From the NCBI GenBank assembly GCA_963823335.1, contig CAWGLD010000002.1, positions 1 to 64,000 of the forward strand: a DNA stretch of 64,000 bases, written 5' to 3'. Shown one piece after another: positions 60,115 to 64,000 of the stretch. The notes below the pieces were generated by a model. It was not told the origin of the DNA and did not search any database. It was given only the letters and a program-made list of their open reading frames with translations. The number at the start of each line of letters is the position of its first letter. The first letter of the stretch is position 1. Both the position numbers and the translations under genes were made by a program. The stretch is from an uncultured delta proteobacterium (lineage in GTDB: Bacteria; Desulfobacterota; Desulfobacteria; Desulfobacterales; B30-G6).

Positions 60115-61905
60115 ATGATGGATCATTTTAAGGTCAATCCAAAAGACCTCTTTTTCATCCTCAGGGAACAGCTCTCATACGGTTCCCTGTGCCGGCTGGA
60201 CCGGTACAAAGAGCTCAGCGAGAGTGCCTTTGACATGCTGGTGACCGAGGCTGTCAGCTTTGCCAGGGGGGTTGTGGCACCCCTCCAGGCGATCGGTGAG
60301 GCCAGTGGCGTGAGTTTTGGCGGTGGTTCCGTTACCTGCCCCAAGGAGTTTAAAGAGGCCTTCAGGCAGTACGGCGAGGATGGGTGGACCGCCGCCGCCA
60401 GAAATACGGAATACGGCGGTCAGGGTTTTCCGCATATGATGCGCATTGTCATCAACGACCTCATGTACGGGGCCTGCCAGTCATTTAACATGGCACCCAG
60501 TCTGACGCATGGTGCTGCTCATTTGATCGAAAGTTTCGGCAGTGATGCTTTAAAGCGGTTGTTTGTTCCGAAGATGTTCAAAGGAGCCTGGGCCGGCACC
60601 ATGTGTTTGACCGAGTCCGAGGCCGGATCGAATCTGGCGGCAATTCAAACAACGGCCATTCCTGACGGGAACGCATTTCGTCTCAAGGGCTCAAAAATTT
60701 TCATTTCCTGGGGAGACCATGACCTGACCGAGAACATTATCCACCTGGTGCTGGCGCGAATCCAGGGCGCTCCCCCGGGTGTAAAAGGCATTTCCCTGTT
60801 TGTCGTGCCGAAGATACGTGTTGAGAAAGATGGCAGTCTTGGCCGGCCCAACGATGTCGTTTGCACGGGCGTGGAAGAAAAACTGGGCTTGCATGCATCG
60901 CCTACCTGCATGTTGAATTTCGGGGCCGGGGATGGATGCATCGGGTATCTCTGTGGTAAGGAGAACAAAGGGCTCGCTCACATGTTCCAGATGATGAATT
61001 CGGCCAGGATCAACACCGGCGTCAGCGGCATGGGTATTGCCAGCACCGCCTATCTGAATGCACTGGCATACACAGCGCAGCGCCGGCAGGGCCAGGATAT
61101 CACCGGCAGTAAGGCCGGTGATGTGGCCATTATTGATCACCCCGATGTTCGCCGGATGCTCCTGTGGATGAAGGCGTCCGTGGACGGGATGCGGTCCATG
61201 ATATACAGCTGTGCGTTCTGGCAGGATTTTGCCTTGGAACTGCCCCAGGGCCCTGAGCGGGACCACTACGCCAACCTTGTGGATTTCATGACACCCATCA
61301 TCAAGGCTTGCTGCTCTGAATGGGGATTCAGGGTTTGCGAGACAGCCATTCAGTGTCTGGGTGGATATGGGTATTGTAAAGACTACCCGCTGGAGCAATA
61401 CTTGCGGGACGTCAAAATTCTGTCCCTTTACGAAGGAACCAATGGCATCCAGGCCATGGATCTGCTGGGTCGAAAAATGGTCATTCGCGAGGGGGCCTGC
61501 TACCAGGCTTTTCGAACAGAAATCATATCGTTCTGTCGTAAGCATCAGGAGCATTCCGGTCTGGGACAACAGGTGAAGGCATTGGCAAGGGTGATGCAGC
61601 ATCTCCACCAGGCCACCGGAAAATTGGCGGACATGAAAAAGAATGCCCCACGCCAGTGGGCTTCCAGGTCCTATCCCATGTTGATGGTGTTTGGCGAGAT
61701 CAGCATGGCCTGGCGGTTGCTGGATATGGCCCTGGTAGCCTTGGATCTTTCCCGGAAAAAAGGCAGGAAAAGTGATTTCTATCGTGGCAAAGTCATGCAG
61801 GCGACGTTTTTTATCGATCAAACACTGCCGGGAACGCTTACCAGCATGCAGACCTGTCTGAGGGAGGGCCGGGAGATTGTGGAGATGCCGGAAAGGGCGT
61901 TTTAG
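60115..61905 (+). CDS. Acyl-CoA dehydrogenase
   Basis: TMCLTE, KIFISWG, GGYGYCKDYP, YEGTNGIQA. Confidence 0.93.
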   Translation: MMDHFKVNPKDLFFILREQLSYGSLCRLDRYKELSESAFDMLVTEAVSFARGVVAPLQAIGEASGVSFGGGSVTCPKEFKEAFRQYGEDGWTAAARNTEYGGQGFPHMMRIVINDLMYGACQSFNMAPSLTHGAAHLIESFGSDALKRLFVPKMFKGAWAGTMCLTESEAGSNLAAIQTTAIPDGNAFRLKGSKIFISWGDHDLTENIIHLVLARIQGAPPGVKGISLFVVPKIRVEKDGSLGRPNDVVCTGVEEKLGLHASPTCMLNFGAGDGCIGYLCGKENKGLAHMFQMMNSARINTGVSGMGIASTAYLNALAYTAQRRQGQDITGSKAGDVAIIDHPDVRRMLLWMKASVDGMRSMIYSCAFWQDFALELPQGPERDHYANLVDFMTPIIKACCSEWGFRVCETAIQCLGGYGYCKDYPLEQYLRDVKILSLYEGTNGIQAMDLLGRKMVIREGACYQAFRTEIISFCRKHQEHSGLGQQVKALARVMQHLHQATGKLADMKKNAPRQWASRSYPMLMVFGEISMAWRLLDMALVALDLSRKKGRKSDFYRGKVMQATFFIDQTLPGTLTSMQTCLREGREIVEMPERAF

Positions 61906-61907
61906 CA

Positions 61908-62122
61908 AGAAGTGGTTTGAAAATATCCCCTCGAGCTCAATCTCTGTGTAGAGGCGACACGCTTAATCCTCAAAATACCAACTGTATTCCTGCGGTTGAA
62001 CGAATCGCCTTGACCTTGAACCCGATCGAAGATTTAGAACCGAAAAAGTGAGCGTATTCCCCGTAGGTTCTGCCGTTCGGCAGTGTTACGCAGGCTGCTG
62101 CGGGGTTCTTCAAACCACTTCT
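61908..62122. mobile_element. MITE-like element carrying a nested palindromic element
   Basis: TIR agaagtggtttgaa / ttcaaaccacttct; internal motifs shared with 40639-40784. Confidence 0.8.
62036..62109 (-). mobile_element. Palindromic non-autonomous element inserted after TTGA inside the MITE TIR
   Basis: Near-identical to 56665-56735. Confidence 0.8.
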
Positions 62123-62187
62123 ATTATTGTAAAAGCGGCAACGCCGCGTTCGATAAAATCTCTTTGCGATTTTATGGGGGTAAAAAT

Positions 62188-63432
62188 ATGAAAGAAGCCG
62201 TTATCATCAGTGCCGTCAGAACACCGGTGGGGCGTTATATGGGAGCCCTGAAAAATATTGAGGCATATGACCTGGCTGCAAAGATTTTAAATGCGGCGGT
62301 TGAGAAAGCACGCATTTCTCCGGAGCAGGTGGACGAAGTTATCATGGGACAATCCTATCAGAACGGCGAATATGTCAATATTGCCAGGATGGCTCTTTTA
62401 CAGGCCGGCTGGCCAGATCACATTCCCGGTGTAACCCTGGACAGGCGATGCTGCACCGGGCTGGAAGTCGTTCGCTATGCCGCCGCCCTGATACGATCCA
62501 ATCAAGCTGAGATCGTCATGGCCGGTGGTGTGGAGAGCATGAGCAATGCGGAATTCTATCTTCCCGGCCGGATCAAATGGGGCCTTGGTGGCCAGGCGGG
62601 TATGCCAAAAGGGCATGGGGATGTCTCCATCTGGGGACTCCCGTTTTATGATCGTATTCAACGTGCCCGGGTCATGTCTCAACCAAGGGCCCGCTATGGA
62701 ATTCTGCCATCCATGATGTCTTGGGCGGAAACAGCGGCGAAAGAAGAAAGCATTTCTAGGCAAGCCTGCGATCAGTGGTCTCTGGAAAGCCACCGAAAAG
62801 CGGTGTTTGCGGCATCTGACGGCAGATTTGATGACGAAATCCTTCCGGTGGAGGTACCTGAAAAGAAGGGGGCTGTCGTCCTGTTTGGTGCTGACGAGAC
62901 GCCTCGTCCGGATACATCCATTGAGACCTTGGCCGGCCTCAAACCAGTCATGGGGGGGGTATGCACGGCAGGCAATTCTTCCACGGAAAGTGATGGTGCA
63001 GCTGCCGTAGTGGTTACTTCCGCGGAAAAGGCCCGGGAACTCGGTGTTGAGCCCCTCGCGTCTATCCAATCCTGTGCAGTGGTGGGTGGAGACCCCCGAA
63101 GAGCCTACCAGACGGTGCCGCTTGCGGTGCGGAAAGCCCTCGAGGCGTCACAGATGACCCTGGACCAGATTGGCCGCATCGAAATTCAAGAGGCTTTTGC
63201 GGCCCAGGTTCTGGCGGATTTAAAGGCCCTGGGATTGGGCGTCGGTGATTACAAGAAAATCAATGTCAATGGTTCAGGGATCTCCCTGGGACATCCTATA
63301 GCCTGCACGGGAACGCGTGTGCTGGTGACGCTTCTGCATGAAATGAAACGTGAGGATATTGAATACGGACTGGTGTCCATCTGCGGCGGAGGCGGGCTTG
63401 GCATAGCGGCAGTGCTGAGAAAAGGGTCATAG
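62188..63432 (+). CDS. Thiolase (acetyl-CoA C-acyltransferase)
   Basis: RRCCTG, GGVESMS, QEAFAA, GHPIACTG, SICGGGG. Confidence 0.93.
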   Translation: MKEAVIISAVRTPVGRYMGALKNIEAYDLAAKILNAAVEKARISPEQVDEVIMGQSYQNGEYVNIARMALLQAGWPDHIPGVTLDRRCCTGLEVVRYAAALIRSNQAEIVMAGGVESMSNAEFYLPGRIKWGLGGQAGMPKGHGDVSIWGLPFYDRIQRARVMSQPRARYGILPSMMSWAETAAKEESISRQACDQWSLESHRKAVFAASDGRFDDEILPVEVPEKKGAVVLFGADETPRPDTSIETLAGLKPVMGGVCTAGNSSTESDGAAAVVVTSAEKARELGVEPLASIQSCAVVGGDPRRAYQTVPLAVRKALEASQMTLDQIGRIEIQEAFAAQVLADLKALGLGVGDYKKINVNGSGISLGHPIACTGTRVLVTLLHEMKREDIEYGLVSICGGGGLGIAAVLRKGS

Positions 63433-63471
63433 AGCTGCATTGATGGAGCACCAACAATATGAGATGCCTTC

Positions 63472-63577
63472 TATAGGGGTTGTCAGAAAAACGTTCCGAT
63501 TGAGGACCTTTTTTCTGCTACAACCCCTTATGCCGCCATCCTATTTTCGGAACATTATTATGACAAGCGGTATAAAT
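63472..63577. repeat. 106-bp dispersed repeat (inverted copy of 34729-34834)
   Basis: Direct sequence comparison. Confidence 0.92.
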
Positions 63578-63581
63578 AGTG

Positions 63582-63893
63582 TCACTCAAGCAGTGTACTC
63601 AGGATGGAAGTGCTGACGCCCATATTGAATTTGATACCCATTCCCTCAGGGCTGGACCACATAACTTCTCCGATGATCTTGATGGATTGTTCATCTCCAT
63701 GGAGGGGAATTGTCATACTGACCGATTCGCCGACAGGAACTTTGGTGTCTGATTGAATAAAGGCACCCCAGCAGTTAATATCCGTAATAAAGTCGATAAA
63801 GCTCAGATCCATGGTCGCATAGCCGACCTTTAGCTCGCAGGTTTGACGGGTGTGATTTCTGCGATCTTTTGCTTTTTCGGGATTGTTTGCCAT
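63582..63893 (-). CDS. PilZ domain protein
   Basis: DRRNHTR, DINCWGAFI, GMGIKF. Confidence 0.82.
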   Translation of the reverse strand: MANNPEKAKDRRNHTRQTCELKVGYATMDLSFIDFITDINCWGAFIQSDTKVPVGESVSMTIPLHGDEQSIKIIGEVMWSSPEGMGIKFNMGVSTSILSTLLE

Positions 63894-64000
63894 GTTCGAT
63901 TTTCTTTTCAGTCAAGTTGCCGGAAATTTATTGGAGCATGAATAGCTGACTTTGTCAAATCAATGATATGGGCGGACAGGTTGAGAACGAAATGGCCCTA

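Noticed and set aside
60691-61908. 405-aa antisense ORF (and similar shadow ORFs such as 660..1499, 4203..4973, 34712..35530)
   Set aside because: Lie opposite well-supported genes and show no recognisable motifs.

Overview
Bacterial DNA whose gene content (many receiver domains, Rnf-like, TSUP, PilZ, beta-oxidation genes) suggests a Desulfobacterota/Desulfobacterales-type anaerobe; this is inference only. About 1-14.6 kb is a decayed patchwork: acyl-CoA metabolism and porin genes, five crotonase copies or remnants, frameshifted genes, in-frame chimeric fragments, an IS256 fragment and a MITE. About 14.7-64 kb is mostly intact chromosome: MFS and aldo/keto reductase genes, a TSUP-linked signalling cluster, csp/PPIase, an RnfB-flavoprotein fusion with RseC, purine/MTA salvage, a SpoIIE phosphatase and beta-oxidation genes. 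Best candidate for an undescribed system: a cluster (44.2-52.3 kb) with an MMPL/RND transporter fused to a histidine kinase, a receiver protein, a cytoplasmic sensory-type [NiFe]-hydrogenase and a PAS kinase, the two kinases having near-identical H-box regions. Other highlights: a DsbA/FrnE-type selenoprotein missed by the ORF track (UPWC, in-frame TGA plus SECIS-like hairpin); a family of IS200/IS605-like non-autonomous elements inserted after TTGA, whose boundaries can be deduced from the sequence; and four-helix-bundle genes bracketed by inverted microsatellite arrays. No rRNA, tRNA or CRISPR array was recognised. Family calls come from motif recognition by eye, not from database searches.
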